Source: Eledone cirrhosa (Eukaryota). From it: 64,000 nt of DNA. Position 1 is the stretch's first letter, and each line of letters starts with the position of its first letter. The notes under the pieces are model-generated. The model searched no databases. It was not told where the DNA came from and saw only the letters and a program-made list of their open reading frames with translations. The stretch spans positions 45,074,001 to 45,138,000 of the forward strand of contig OZ024741.1 of NCBI GenBank assembly GCA_964016885.1, in the 5' to 3' direction. Positions 43,392-57,187 of the stretch are shown here, one piece after another. The translations under genes and the position numbers were made by a program.

Positions 43392-44370
43392 ATACAAGTT
43401 AATATAAATTAATATATGATAAACACATAAGTGTTTGTATTGTAAATGACCAAGTTAGCTAGAATGAAATATACTAATTAAAATAAATATAGTTTGCCTG
43501 TCTCGATTTAAAATAATAAATCAATAAAAACAAACCCATTTTGGCAATAACCGTGATACCTAGACAAATTTAAATTTCAAAATCCAAACCTGTTCCGCAG
43601 ACAAATTTAAATTTCAAAATCCAAATAGGTTTCTGAACGATAGTATAAAAATTGAAAGATTCCATTTTCTGTATTCATCAACAGGTATCCAGAAAATTAA
43701 GATGTTTCACCTCGAACTATTTTTGTAGGTCTGGTGTACAAGCGCTAACGCACGTGGTTTTCCAGCTCCCTAGCTATCCCCATACTCATGCTGCTAGAAA
43801 TAACAGCCGTTTATATGGGATTAAAATTTAGCTCAACAAAAGGAGCCGTAATATTATATTATATTTAGAGTTATAAACTCAAACAGTACTTTACAATTAA
43901 TTAGCTCAAAGAAAGAAGCATTTCTGAGCCGTGAAATACAAGTTAATATAAATTAATATATGATAAACACATAAGTGTTTGTATTGTAAATGACCAAGTT
44001 AGCTAGAATGAAATATACTAATTAAAATAAATATAGTTTACCTGTCTCGATTTAAAATAATAAATCAATAAAAACAAACCCATATTGGCAATAACCGTGA
44101 TACCTGGACAAATTTAAATTTCAAAATCCAAATCTGTTCCGCAGACAAATTTAAATTTCAAAATCCAAATAAGTTTCGCAACGATATTATAACAAAGTGA
44201 AAGATTCCATTTTCTGTGTTCATCAACAGGTATCCAGAAAATTAGGATGTTTCAACGAAATATTTTTGGAGGCCTGGTGTACAAGCGCTAACGCACGTGG
44301 TTTTCCAGCTCACTAGCTATCCCAATACTCATGGTGCTAGAAATAACAGCCGTTTATATGGGATTAAAAT
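43392..44370. repeat. Tandem duplication, 544-bp period
   Basis: atacaagttaatataaattaat at 43392 and 43936; related sequence at ~26000-26700, partly inverted. Confidence 0.85.
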
Positions 44371-44373
44371 TAA

Positions 44374-45330
44374 AATTGATTTTTTATATGGTTAATTATG
44401 CTGATGGTATATATTTTATCTCATAATGCTAAATACAAGATTTATGATATATTGCTCTGATTGATTAATTCTTCATAGAGCCACAAAGTGACCGGTTGCA
44501 ATATCTATAACTTTATGTATATGTAAACCTTTATATTTCATAATCTCCCGTTAGGTTGAGATACAATTTGGCGATATTTGGCTGCGCTTTCTAGCAACAA
44601 GCCTACCCGCCGTAAGCAACCAATCACATTCTTTCTTACTTGACCACTGCCACATTGCGGTTCTTAGCCATTTTGAATCTAATTTTGGCGCGATCACTTT
44701 GGAAAACTAAGTGTCTAATTTTGAGTTTGTCTCCTGATGAATCCGAACTCTGGGCATTTCCTATTAATTGGATGTCTAAAAATACGGATGAAACCATGGT
44801 AGAGATATAATTACGGTATGTACACATTTCTTCTAAGTCTGAATTTACAGCTAATTGTGTATGGTTGATGGTATATTTAGTCAATTTCTACATGCTGTCG
44901 AAATGTTGGATAAATATTCTATTGGGGCCACCGCGAAGAGGCTACTTTCGGTTATTTGTCGGAAATTTCTTCATAAGAACCTTTATTCTTATAGCTTGGT
45001 CTAATTGATTTTTTTATATGGTTAATTATGCTGATTGGGAGAGGAAATAGTATATATTTTATCTAATAATTCTAAAGACATGATTTATGATATATTGCTC
45101 TGATTATTTAATTTATTAATTCTTCATAGAGCCACAAAGTGACCGGTTGCAACATATATATCTATAACTTTATGTATATGTAAACCTTTATAGTTAATAA
45201 TCTCCCGTTAGGTTGAGATACACTTTGGCGATATTTGGCTGCGTTTTCTAGCAACAAGCCTACCCGCCGTAAGCAACCAATCACATTCTTTCTAACTTGA
45301 CCACTGCCACATTGCCGTTCTTAGCCATTT
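44374..45330. repeat. ~300-bp direct repeats around a 330-bp spacer
   Basis: 44374-44673 versus 45003-45330. Confidence 0.8.
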
Positions 45331-45616
45331 TCTTCGTGGTTATAGGAGGCTTAGCTCTGTTTCTCGACCGTTATATCGCGTGAATATCTCCCCCTCCGCC
45401 TTTTGGGATTCTTTCTCACGTCGTGTAGACGCGTTCTTGAGACTAGTAAAATGAGGTATCCTCTCGATAAGTCGGCAGACCTCGCAAGGACTCTATATCT
45501 TTGATATATTGTTTTTGTTTATGCCACGAAACTACGTAGTCGAGGAATTTAGGAACAGTTTAGGTATGATACATTTTATTACTAATTATATCTAAATGTT
45601 TCTTCTCTCTTCATAA

Positions 45617-45649
<33 letters not shown>

Positions 45650-45652
45650 GTG

Positions 45653-45685
<33 letters not shown>

Positions 45686-45740
45686 GTCTATATATATATA
45701 TATGTATATATATACATATTTGTATATATATACATATATG

Positions 45741-45876
<136 letters not shown>

Positions 45877-45885
45877 CATATATAT

Positions 45886-47067
45886 ATTACAGGGAAAATT
45901 GCGGGCGCATGTAAAGAAATATTCTTAAATTAATAAACCTAGAAAAGTAAAGGACAAGTTATTACAACTGGAAAATTAATTAACAAGATAACTTCTTCTT
46001 AAAACTTCTTAAAATATTGCAGCTATAGTAAAAATTTGAATAATAAAAAATATTTGATTTAAATATTCATAAAAAGTCATAAATTCTAATAATACAGTTG
46101 ACTCTCTAATTAATAATAATACTAATTTATGATCATTTATTTAATTTTGTGATCCTAATTTACACCATACTGGTTGGGTCATTAAATAAATATACTTTAT
46201 TTTACTTTACTAAATGGGACTGAAAAAATGATTGACAATTATAAAACATCAAATAAATCAAAATTTTGGCGTGTAAATGACACTACCAATTAATTAATAA
46301 TTAATTAGGGAGCCAACTGTAATGATAAATAATAACAAATTATAATTGTTTAATAATGAAATTTAAGACCTGTCAGATTTCAAAATAACCAATCTACATT
46401 TTTAGGTAGAGTAAAATTAGTCTACAATTAAAAATTAAACATTGTCTAATTCGACAGTTCATCTAATGAATTGATGAATTCACTATAATTGATTGATTCA
46501 CTATAAATGAATAATTGATGAATTGACTTTTACCTAATTTTGCCCCTTGAGATGTTGAATTTTACTATATTATAAAAAAAATCTGTAATACTCATAAAAA
46601 GTGCAATTATATGATGCATTGTTTTTGATTTATTTTACTGCATTATTTTATAACTAAATTTTTAAAAATATAATTTGATTAAGAGTGAACATTTTTAAAT
46701 ATCTTATAACATAAATTAATAAATTGTACATATTAATTATTATTATTATTATTTAATTATTGTACAAATTATTGTACAAATTTTATTTTAAAAAGATTAA
46801 TTTGTATACACCAAGAAAAAAATTAAGTATACAGTAGTCAACTCTCGCTATAAGACAGTCATTTTTCCAGTCCTTTAAAGTGATATTTTTTTAACAATTA
46901 ACTTATAATTATTTATTTTTAGTTTTATAATCTAAATATTTTTTTTCAAATTTAGGCTTTAGCTGCAATATTTTAAGAAGTTTTAAGAAGTTTTCTTGTC
47001 CTTTACTTTTCTAGGTTTATTAATTTAAGAATATTTCTTTACATGCGCCCGCATTTTTCCCTGTAAT
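45886..47067. mobile_element. Non-autonomous element with long terminal inverted repeats
   Basis: attacagggaaaattgcgggcgcatgtaaag...ggacaag (45886-45958) inverted at ~46995-47067; homology extends further inward. Confidence 0.75.
46095..46319. mobile_element. Nested Tc1/pogo-type MITE
   Basis: TA|cagttgactctctaattaat ... attaattagggagccaactg|TA; 18/20 TIR match. Confidence 0.7.
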
Positions 47068-47175
47068 CCACTTTTTGTCCAGGCAATGCAAGGATATTAT
47101 ATTAATATTAATAAAAATATTTATCAACAAATAAGTTAAATAATAAATAATAGGAAGAAGTGCAGATAGGAAAAG

Positions 47176-47248
47176 TAATCATGGTGGGAATCGAACCCAC
47201 GACCTTCGGATTGCCGGTCCGTTGCTCTACAGACTGAGCTACCTGACC
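47176..47248 (-). pseudogene. tRNA-like gene (GGC in anticodon position), probably pseudo-tRNA or repeat-borne
   Basis: GGTCAGG TA GCTC agtctgta GAGC a aCGGA ccGGCaa TCCGa aggtc GTGGG TTCGATT CCCAC CATGATT A then CTTTT; mismatches in acceptor stem, C at position 33. Confidence 0.6.
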
Positions 47249-47567
47249 ACAATTCACTAATCCACAATCTATCACTATTTTAATGTATTAGAAATTAGAA
47301 ACAAACTAAGCGTTACTTATGTATATAGTTCCTTACACTCTTTTGGTCCTCACTTATTTTTATGTAACTTCTTTTTCTACTGAACCAAATTTCAATATCT
47401 TTATGTCAAAAAGTAGCTTATCTGTGGTCCTATGAAGTGCAAGAAACCGAATCCAATTCTATCAAAAATTGAATTAGTGACAAAGCTTTGAATGTGTCGC
47501 GAGTGACCGAAATGGAACCTTAAGAATATTATACACCTACTACCGTAGGTGTATGATATATATATAG

Positions 47568-47620
<53 letters not shown>

Positions 47621-47621
47621 G

Positions 47622-47652
<31 letters not shown>

Positions 47653-47775
47653 CATATATATATTTTAATTTATATATATATATTTGTATATATTTGTATA
47701 TATACATGTATGTATATATATATATACATATGTATATATATACATATATGTATATATATACATATATGTATATAG

Positions 47776-47847
<72 letters not shown>

Positions 47848-47866
47848 GTATATATATAAATATATG

Positions 47867-47900
<34 letters not shown>

Positions 47901-48952
47901 CATATGTAAATATATATATATGTATATATATACATATATGTATATATACTTAGGTTAATAGGAGTTAGGTATTGTATACCCGTGTCCCATTAAGGTATTG
48001 GCAGCATAATACAACCACTGATACTGTTACGAAGACCAGAAAACCATACTCCATAATATTGAACCAAGTGATTGATTTGTGCGACCAAAATAACACCACA
48101 CACATATTGAACTAGGAATATTGGATCCTCCGTCAATGTCCGGGTGAGCAAAAATAGATTTCTATCTGCATTGGAATTTACGAACTTGTGCATCTGCTGT
48201 TGTGTCAAAAACAAACGCGCACGACCACACAGATAAACAATGGACCACGCCACGTGGCTTGAACCCTTAAGTGAATTGAAGGTTCTGCAACTCTGATACA
48301 CAGATTATTTATTATTAAGATGTATTAACTCGACATAACTATTATCATCTTATATTCTCTTAACTAATCACACTTGATCATATTTCTCTATCCCGTTTTC
48401 TCCTCCCATAATTATTATATTTTTATTATTATTTGAAAAAATCGTTTTTTTTTACATTGTGTTTTCCCCTCCAAATATTCGCTTATATTTCTTTATATAT
48501 TCTCTATATATTTTTTTCTCTTTATTATTTCCACTTTTATCTTCCTTTATATTTTACCTTATTCTTACTTTTATACCTTATTATAGTGTAATCTTCCCCA
48601 TGCCTTATTATACACTATTAATTATAGATTATTATTATTACTCTTTCTCCATTTCTAATTACCTCATGTACTTTCTCCTCCGCTATATATATATATTGTA
48701 TGCCTTTTGTGTTTGTGTAGCCTCTGCGCACCCTCTGCACCATACTATCGACGCCACCCCATCTATGGTTCAGCTAACCACCCGACTCCCGGGAATGAAT
48801 ATGACCGCGGCTAGTAAACAAGAACCCACACCCCACCCACCCGCACCAAAATTAGACTTATCGTCCCATACTTTTGCTCTTTATTCTCTTTACTCTTTGT
48901 TCTTGAATGTTTGGTTGGTAGAGTCCATAATACCAATCAAACCCCTTTTATA

Positions 48953-48998
48953 GCTCTGACGAATCCTACGGTTACGTAAGGAAGAAACATTGTAAGAC
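48953..48998 (+). ncRNA. Type I hammerhead motif, weak stem I
   Basis: ct CTGACGA a TCCTACG gtta CGTAAGGA a GAAA cattG TA ag. Confidence 0.6.
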
Positions 48999-49140
48999 AT
49001 TAAAAATCCTTTGATGTTGTAGACGCTCTTGTGTTCTTTTTCATATATGTATATATATATACATATATATAAGTATGTATGTATACGTACATACATATAT
49101 GTATACAGACGTACAGTAGCATGCATATATATATATATAT

Positions 49141-50821
49141 ATATGAATATAGACATAGAATATTCGAAAATATTCTGTATGTTTATAATAAACATTTTGA
49201 AGACCTAATCGCTATAGAATAGAATACGTCACGTATTACAATTAGATTCTCGATAAAAGCAAGGGAAGTAATCTACGCGTTTCATTCTTGTTAGAAATCA
49301 TCAGGACTACATATCCAGTGCTTTTATCGAGAATGACACAGCTAGAGACTTATAGAATACTTAGCTGTGTACAGGAACTGGTTTGAAAGAGCGGTTGCCG
49401 GTCCGGCAGAAATTAGAAATTGGAATAAATGCTCTTATCGAGAATATAATTGTAATACGTGACGTATTCTATTCTATAGCGATTAGGTCTTCAAAATGTT
49501 TATTATAAACATACAGAATATTTTCGAATATTCTATGTCTATATTCACATATATATCGCTATTTCAGAGCATTTATTCCAATTTCTAATTTCTGCCGGAC
49601 CGGCAACCGCTCTTTCAAACCAGTTCCTGTACACAGCTAAGTATTCTATAAGTCTCTAGCTGTGTCATTCTCGATAAAAGCACTGGATATGTAGTCCTGA
49701 TGATTTCTAACAAGAATGAAACGCGTAGATTACTTCCCTTGCTTTTATCGAGAATCTAATTGTAATACGTGACGTATTCTATTCTATAGCGATTAGGTCT
49801 TCAAAATGTTTATTATAAACATACAGAATATTTTCGAATATTCTATGTCTATATTCACATATATATCGCTATTTCAGAGCATTTATTCCAATTTCTAATT
49901 TCTGCCGGACCGGCAACCGCTCTTTCAAACCAGTTCCTGTACACAGCTAAGTATTCTATAAGTCTCTAGCTGTGTCATTCTCGATAAAAGCACTGGATAT
50001 GTAGTCCTGATGATTTCTAACAAGAATGAAACGCGTAGATTACTTCCCTTGCTTTTATCGAGAATCTAATTGTAATACGTGACGTATTCTATTCTATAGC
50101 GATTAGGTCTTCAAAATGTTTATTATAAACATACAGAATATTTTCGAATATTCTATGTCTATATTCACATATATATCGCTATTTCAGAGCATTTATTCCA
50201 ATTTCTAATTTCTGCCGGACCGGCAACCGCTCTTTCAAACCAGTTCCTGTACACAGCTAAGTATTCTATAAGTCTCTAGCTGTGTCATTCTCGATAAAAG
50301 CACTGGATATGTAGTCCTGATGATTTCTAACAAGAATGAAACGCGTAGATTACTTCCCTTGCTTTTATCGAGAATCTAATTGTAATACGTGACGTATTCT
50401 ATTCTATAGCGATTAGGTCTTCAAAATGTTTATTATAAACATACAGAATATTTTCGAATATTCTATGTCTATATTCACATATATATCGCTATTTCAGAGC
50501 ATTTATTCCAATTTCTAATTTCTGCCGGACCGGCAACCGCTCTTTCAAACCAGTTCCTGTACACAGCTAAGTATTCTATAAGTCTCTAGCTGTGTCATTC
50601 TCGATAAAAGCACTGGATATGTAGTCCTGATGATTTCTAACAAGAATGAAACGCGTAGATTACTTCCCTTGCTTTTATCGAGAATCTAATTGTAATACGT
50701 GACGTATTCTATTCTATAGCGATTAGGTCTTCAAAATGTTTATTATAAACATACAGAATATTTTCGAATATTCTATGTCTATATTCACATATATATCGCT
50801 ATTTCAGAGCATTTATTCCAA
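49141..50821 (+). repeat. Tandem array C: ~4.5 apparently identical 310-bp HHR units preceded by one inverted near-complete unit
   Basis: HHR at 49691, 50001, 50311, 50621 (+) and 49268-49310 (-); inversion junction near 49433. Confidence 0.95.
49691..49733 (+). ncRNA. Type I hammerhead (array C representative)
   Basis: gtagtc CTGATGA t TTC taacaa GAA t GAAA cgcG TA gattac. Confidence 0.85.
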
Positions 50822-50831
50822 TATATATATA

Positions 50832-50879
<48 letters not shown>

Positions 50880-50999
50880 CATACAGGTACACATACATAT
50901 ATGTACGCATCAGTTTAGCGGACGCTTATTATAGCGCCCGCTTTGTTCGTTTGTAAACTGATGCGTACATATATGTATGTGTACCTGTATGTATAAATG

Positions 51000-51081
<82 letters not shown>

Positions 51082-51236
51082 TGCTACTGTACGTCTGTAT
51101 ACATATATGTATGTACGTATACATACATACTTACATTTAAGTAAGTGCCGTACTAAGAGTGAGAAATGAAATTTCGTTTTCATTTTTTTTACAACTCATC
51201 GTTTTCGGTGCGCCTGACCGATTTAACTCACTCGAC

Positions 51237-51284
51237 ATGCAAATTAGGCTGCTCAGCCGTTAATTTTCATAAGGAAAGTATATA
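51237..51284 (+). promoter_or_regulatory. Candidate octamer / PSE-like / TATA block upstream of the HHR
   Basis: ATGCAAATtag.ctgc...taattttcata.gaaag.atata, conserved with similar spacing in array A (e.g. 23112-23158). Confidence 0.4.
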
Positions 51285-51318
51285 CCTTCGAACGTTCAAC
51301 GATCTGGCAGATGGGTAT

Positions 51319-51361
51319 ACGGTGCTGATGATAGCTAACAAGCTTGAAACTAGTACATCGT
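51319..51361 (+). ncRNA. Type I hammerhead ribozyme (family B)
   Basis: acggtg CTGATGA t AGC taacaa GCT t GAAA ctaG TA catcgt. Confidence 0.85.
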
Positions 51362-51512
51362 TCCTGTGCCAGTGTTGAACAAAAAGGTGACATGGTTGCG
51401 TTAACACCGTGCGGCATAAATTCAGGCTGTTCAGTTTATTTACAAACGAACAAAGCGGGCGCAATAATAAGCGTCCGCTAAACTGATGCGTACATATATG
51501 TATGTGTACCTG

Positions 51513-51572
<60 letters not shown>

Positions 51573-51940
51573 TGCTACTGTACGTCTGTATTCATATATG
51601 TATGTACGTATACATACATACTTACATTTAAGTAAGTGCCGTACTAAGAGTGAGAAATGAAATTTCGTTTTCATTTTTTTTACATATATATATATATACA
51701 TATATGTATATATATACATATATACACATATATATACATATATGTATATATATACATATATATATATATATACATATATGTATATATATACATATATATA
51801 TATATATACATATATGTATATATATACACATATATATATATATATATACATATATGTATATATATATATATATATATATACATATATATATACATATATG
51901 TATATATATACATGTATATAAATATATATATATGTATATA

Positions 51941-52664
51941 TTATGAAAATAAATCAAAGAAGCCTTCAATACATCAAAAGTCTTTATTAGCCAACAATGT
52001 TTCGTCCTATTAACGACTCATCAGGGCAATTAAAGCTATTTATATTGAAATTTTATATCATTCCACTCTTTGTAAACATACTACTGATCATTATTATTTA
52101 CGAATTATTATATGTACCCTTATGTTATGTTAAATTCTGTAAACCCTGTAATATGTTGACAATTTTATAATTCATGTAATGTTTGGATAATATTTATTTA
52201 TTTACACCAAATGTATAGAAATTTGATCTATTTTCTTGCAATGGTTTTGATATATTTCCAACATAATTTTTCCAATATAATTTAGTTCTGTACAATATTT
52301 TTCTCACCCTGACTGTAAATCGATATGATTTATTAAGTTATATGCCATTATATTATAATATTGTGATTTTAGTTGTTATCGTAAAATTTATATTGTTTGT
52401 GCAAATTAACCGGAGATTATCTATTATATTATTATATAATTATATAGTTTATTATATATTTTATGCTTACTTTTAATCATTCATTTTATACTGTAAATAT
52501 TATATGCATCATATTTTAATTTTATTTTCATTTGTATTTTTCATTTGTATTTTTATTTTTATTTTTATTATTATTATTCTTATTTATATTTAAACTCTTG
52601 ATAAGGGTTAGTTTGTGCTTCTATTGATGGAAATGTGTATAGATATATATGTATATGTGTATAC

Positions 52665-52704
<40 letters not shown>

Positions 52705-53227
52705 TGGGCCTTTTAACATTATTATTATTATCATTATTAATTATATTATATTATATTATATTATATTATATTATATTATATTATATTATATTATATTATG
52801 TATAGTACAATAATTCCCGCTCTATATCCCCACCTCTGTTTTAGCTCTAGTTTTTGCATTGGACTATATATGTAATATGGTTCAAAATGTTACTTACTTC
52901 CTTAGCAATTAGCACTCGATAATTTTTTACTTGATGATTTTTACCCGATTATTTTCCTATGATTTAATCTATGTACACTCCATATTCTTCTGAGTTTTCG
53001 GCTTGTATTGGCTGATAGTGCTTCTTATAGCTTTAATTGCCCTGATGAGTCCTTAATAGGACGAAACATTGTTGGCTAATAAAGACTTTTGAAGTATTGA
53101 AGGCTTCTTTGATTTATTTTCATAATTCTTCGGCTCTGTTTAATTACATTGAGCTATACCTTTACTGTCATTTCTATAATACGAAGAGGGTGTTTAACTC
53201 CAACATACTCTAGTATTTCAATTCTTA

Positions 53228-53230
<3 letters not shown>
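51941..53230 (+). mobile_element. Non-coding AT-rich element bracketed by inverted ~100-bp HHR repeats
   Basis: 51941-52039 is the reverse complement of 53027-53125; HHRs at 51990-52027(-) and 53039-53076(+). Confidence 0.8.
53039..53076 (+). ncRNA. Canonical type I hammerhead ribozyme
   Basis: gcc CTGATGA GTCC ttaata GGAC GAAA cattG TT ggc. Confidence 0.9.
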
Positions 53231-53288
<58 letters not shown>

Positions 53289-53410
53289 ATATATATATAT
53301 GTAGGTATTCAAGTTTCCGTTGAAAACAGAAAAAAGTCATAGGAGTGAAGAGTGCTCTATGTAAGTACCAGAGTAAAATTTAATGTATAAAAAACAATAC
53401 AATATAATTA

Positions 53411-53480
53411 CCTCATTACCAGAGGTTTCCCGAATAAGGCGAATAAGAAAGAAACGTCTTCATTCGTTCGTCGGACGAGG
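53411..53480 (-). ncRNA. Hammerhead (U4-to-C variant) in the Naiad-like 3' terminal repeat
   Basis: cctcgt CCGACGA a cgaat...attcg g GAAA cctctgG TA atgagg. Confidence 0.65.
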
Positions 53481-54678
53481 CAATATAAAACATAGCTAAA
53501 TATTTGGAAAGTCTCCTCAAGAAATGCAAAAAAAATTATATAAATATAGATAAAGGTAATACAATAGACATATAAAATATATTAAAAAATGTTAAGAAAT
53601 ATAATTAGGTGTGCGTATATGTATGTATATACACTCACAGATGTACATATGTATGTATGTACAAATGTGTGTGTATAGTAAAAATGTGTGCGTAAATATA
53701 TGTATGAGGGCAAGTATATCTGTGTAACTGTAACTACAGACACAGACATGATATGAGTGTCCGGTTGACAGGTATACAGAAAAACAGGGTATTAGATACA
53801 TTATAAGAATATGAAGGCACGCGTATAAACACACACACACGCGCGTACTCTTATATGCGGAAGAAAAAGGGGTAAGGGAGTGTAATAGTAAAAAGAAAGT
53901 ATCATTCTCGATATATTTATAAAAATGGAACAATAATTTAGAAAGAAAAAATTGCAAAGTAAAGAAAAGAAAACAAACAAAGTACAGGCGTACATACACA
54001 CATACATCTATAAGAAACGTATATCTATAAAAAAATATATATATACACGCAAAACGTGCAGACAAAAGCGTATGCAAGTATACATACACACACAGGATGC
54101 CATATATATATACATACACCTCGCCCCATGTATATCTAATCACGCGCACGTACGCGACTGTATACACACACAGACATACACACACATAAATATATACATA
54201 CATATATACATACGCACACTTACACATCCATACATTCAGTACGTACACACACACACACACAATACATACACTCACGCACGTTGACTCGCTGACATGCACA
54301 CACACATAAAAATGAGAATGTAAAAAAACATAGATGTAAAAACACGGATATAAAGACACACATACATACACATATATATATATATACGCACGCGCGCGCA
54401 CATACGGGGGCGTTCGTGTACATATACAGAAAGTATACACACATAAAGACGCTCAGACCCATAGATACAGGGTGTAAAAACAGCCTTGTGAATAAGTGAG
54501 TACAAATATAGAAATATAAAATTGGCTGCGAAATAACAGAAAATATGTGGAGTGGAAAACGCAAGTGAACTGTTTAATCAGGTAGTGAAGAAAATAGGGA
54601 AGTAAAAAGTGGAAAGTGAAGATATTAGGTAAGTGAATCGGAGAATAAAGGTGGGAGGGGGTAGTGGTGGATGTGAAG

Positions 54679-54876
54679 TAAAAATAAAAATAAAAATAAA
54701 AATAAAAATAAAAATAAAAATAAAAATAAAAATAAAAATAAAAATAAAAATAAAAATAAAAATAAAAATAAAAATAAAAATAAAAATAAAAATAAAAATA
54801 AAAATAAAAATAAAAATAAAAATAAAAATAAAAATAAAAATAAAAATAAAAATAAAAATAAAAATAAAAATAAAAA
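54679..54876. repeat. (TAAAAA)n hexanucleotide repeat inside the PLE 3' UTR
   Basis: Direct reading, ~33 perfect units. Confidence 0.95.
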
Positions 54877-57147
54877 TGAAATTAATAAGGTTAAAAATGA
54901 AAGTAAATCAGAAAAGGTAGTCGTAAAGAGAATAATAAGAGCTTATGGAGGATAAGTATCTGAAAGTGTGTTAAGTTTATATGAGGTGGAAAGCAGGTGT
55001 GATTTCATGTGTGGGCAACTGGTGAAAATTTCTGTCTTTGTGTTTAGGCAGGTCTTTGGTGATTTAAGGTTTTGCAAAATCCAATATTTTTTCATTTATA
55101 CAGAGCGTGCATTTTTTTGTTCCTCTTGCATATTCTTTAGATTGGTTCAAAATTGACCAATCCAATTTATATTGGATACCTTGGTCTTTCAAATCCCATA
55201 TTCTGCTAGCCAGAGCTGTTGTAAATCTTTTTTCTGGATGTCGAAAGGATGCGACATGTGAGTAATAACGCGATTTGAATTTGTCTTGCGTCATACCCAC
55301 ATATCGTTCACTGGTGACTGGTTGGTTGTTGCTGAAGGTTGTCACTTTAGCCGCATATACAATGGCTTTGGTGTTGCATTTACCTTGTAATGGGCATTCA
55401 CTTTTGATTCTACAGGAACAATTTTGATGTTCTCTAGGTGATTTTTTGTTGATGATATAGGATTTAATAGGGGAACCGCAGGAGTAGCTAATTTTGACAC
55501 AGTTTCTATTAAAGATCTTATAGTATCTATGTGTTCTAGGGAAATGTTTATCTAAGAGCTCTAGGAATTTTTTGCCTACATTAGTTTTAACTGCTAGAGA
55601 GTAGGGGGGTGTGAACCAGATTTTTTTCTTTTCCTGTTTTTATGTTTAATAGAGTTAGTATAGTTGGGTATGTATTTAATCGGTTCGCTAAAACCGCTAT
55701 TTTGGAAGGCTTTATTATAGTAGGGGGATGCCTTATTGAAAATAGCTTCTGAGGAAGAGAGGGTGGAGATCCTACGGCTAATATTAGGGATAAGGTTTTT
55801 AAAAACTATAGGAGGATGGCAATAGCCTTTATATATATATTTTAAGTTTTCATTAGGTTTATGGTATGGTTTATAAGAAGCAGTAGGCAAATCTAGGTTT
55901 ATATCTAGGAAATTTACATTGGAAAGGTTAGTGTCAATAGTAATTTTAAGATTAAAACTAGCAAAGGTTTTTATTAAGTCTTTCCTTAATCTATCTAAGT
56001 TATGGCCTATGGTGGTATGGGAAACTATTCGACCATCGTCGCGATAAAGCCCCAAAATATGGTTAGGGAATTTTTATTTAAGTGTGTGTAGGAGGAATAG
56101 GCCGACTAAATCACAAACATCATCACTGTCATAAGAGCCCATTGAGACATCGAATGGGCTCTCTTGGTTAGATATTTTTACCCAAGTGTCATTATCAGTA
56201 AAGAGTAGAGTGTTTCTAGCGTGCAAGATGACATTCTCTTCAATATCAGAGATATTGGTAAACTTTCTAGCGAAATTTAAAGCTTTCGCTAAAAGAGTCT
56301 AAGTGATAGATGGGTAGAAATCTACAATGTCAAATTGGGTGAATCTAGAACTATTTTTGTTTTTAATTTTATTAAACCAATGTACTACGGAAGAGCTATT
56401 TATCCATTGGAGTAATTTAGACTTACTTCTAATGTGTGTATTTATATTATTTAAAATTTTTTTGCTGGCAAGACCTATAGCAGTCTTAGCAGGGTTGATT
56501 AATCTACAACTAGGACGATTAATAAAGTCGGGTTTGTGATCTTTAAGGGTGATATATACATTACGTTTAGCAAGTTTTTCTGTCCTATTATCTATTTTTA
56601 AAGAAACAGCTAATTCTTTAGCTTCCTTATTTATATTATGATACGTGTTTATATTAGCTATTTGGTATTTAGAGGTGATATTATCTATTAATAGTTGGTC
56701 GTGTAAATTATTGTTAACTTCATATAGGTTTTTAGTTTTGTCGGAGAAGATGAACTTATTATTAGAAGATTTGAATGTTGAAATATCATTAGATAATTTA
56801 GATTGAAAAGGGTTAGAGTACTTACGAAAATTGATATTGTTGATTAGGTTAACTAGGTCTAGTTCAAAAGCGGTCATATCTTTTACTCTTTGCGGATATT
56901 TATGAGTTTTGATGTCAAAATATTCCGTAGAATCTGTGTTAAAGTGTCCATCGAGAATCAAAGCTTTCCATCTCATTCTTTTAACAACCTTCTCTACTTT
57001 GTCTATCAGCATTTTCGTGTAGAGAGTGTTAGAAGGTGTTGGGATATTCTTGATAGAGTAATCCAAAGGGTATTTATCCATGTTCAGTATTGGTTTAAAA
57101 TCCTATTGACTGAAGAGTGCTCGACTTTAAAAGGGCTGATATATATG

Positions 57148-57187
<40 letters not shown>

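Larger units (their letters stand above)
50880..51680 (+). mobile_element. HHR family B, ~1.5 units (491-bp period) with a short 5' inverted piece
   Basis: atgaaatttcgttttca at 51166 and 51657; 50880-50957 inverted. Confidence 0.8.
53300..57140 (-). mobile_element. Near-full-length Naiad-like PLE; ORF (~54960-57081) disrupted by stops and frameshifts
   Basis: YSIKNIPTPS...VKRMRWKA N-terminus, FDIVDFYPSI, MGSYD, GLYRDDG, WFTPPYS, CSC...CPLQGKC, IVY...YVGMT, CTLC; long microsatellite-rich 3' UTR. Confidence 0.9.

Noticed and set aside
47990-48301. 103-aa ORF, or a decayed GIY-YIG C-terminus on the plus strand upstream of the 48953 HHR
   Set aside because: Only vague resemblance (LCQKQ); needs tBLASTn to support
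54633-54920. KI-repeat ORF
   Set aside because: Translation of the (TAAAAA)n repeat
54960-57081. Selenocysteine recoding, reported for some Naiad PLEs
   Set aside because: The in-frame stops I checked are TAG or TAA, and the linker and C-terminal cysteines are normal TGY codons; this looks like ordinary decay
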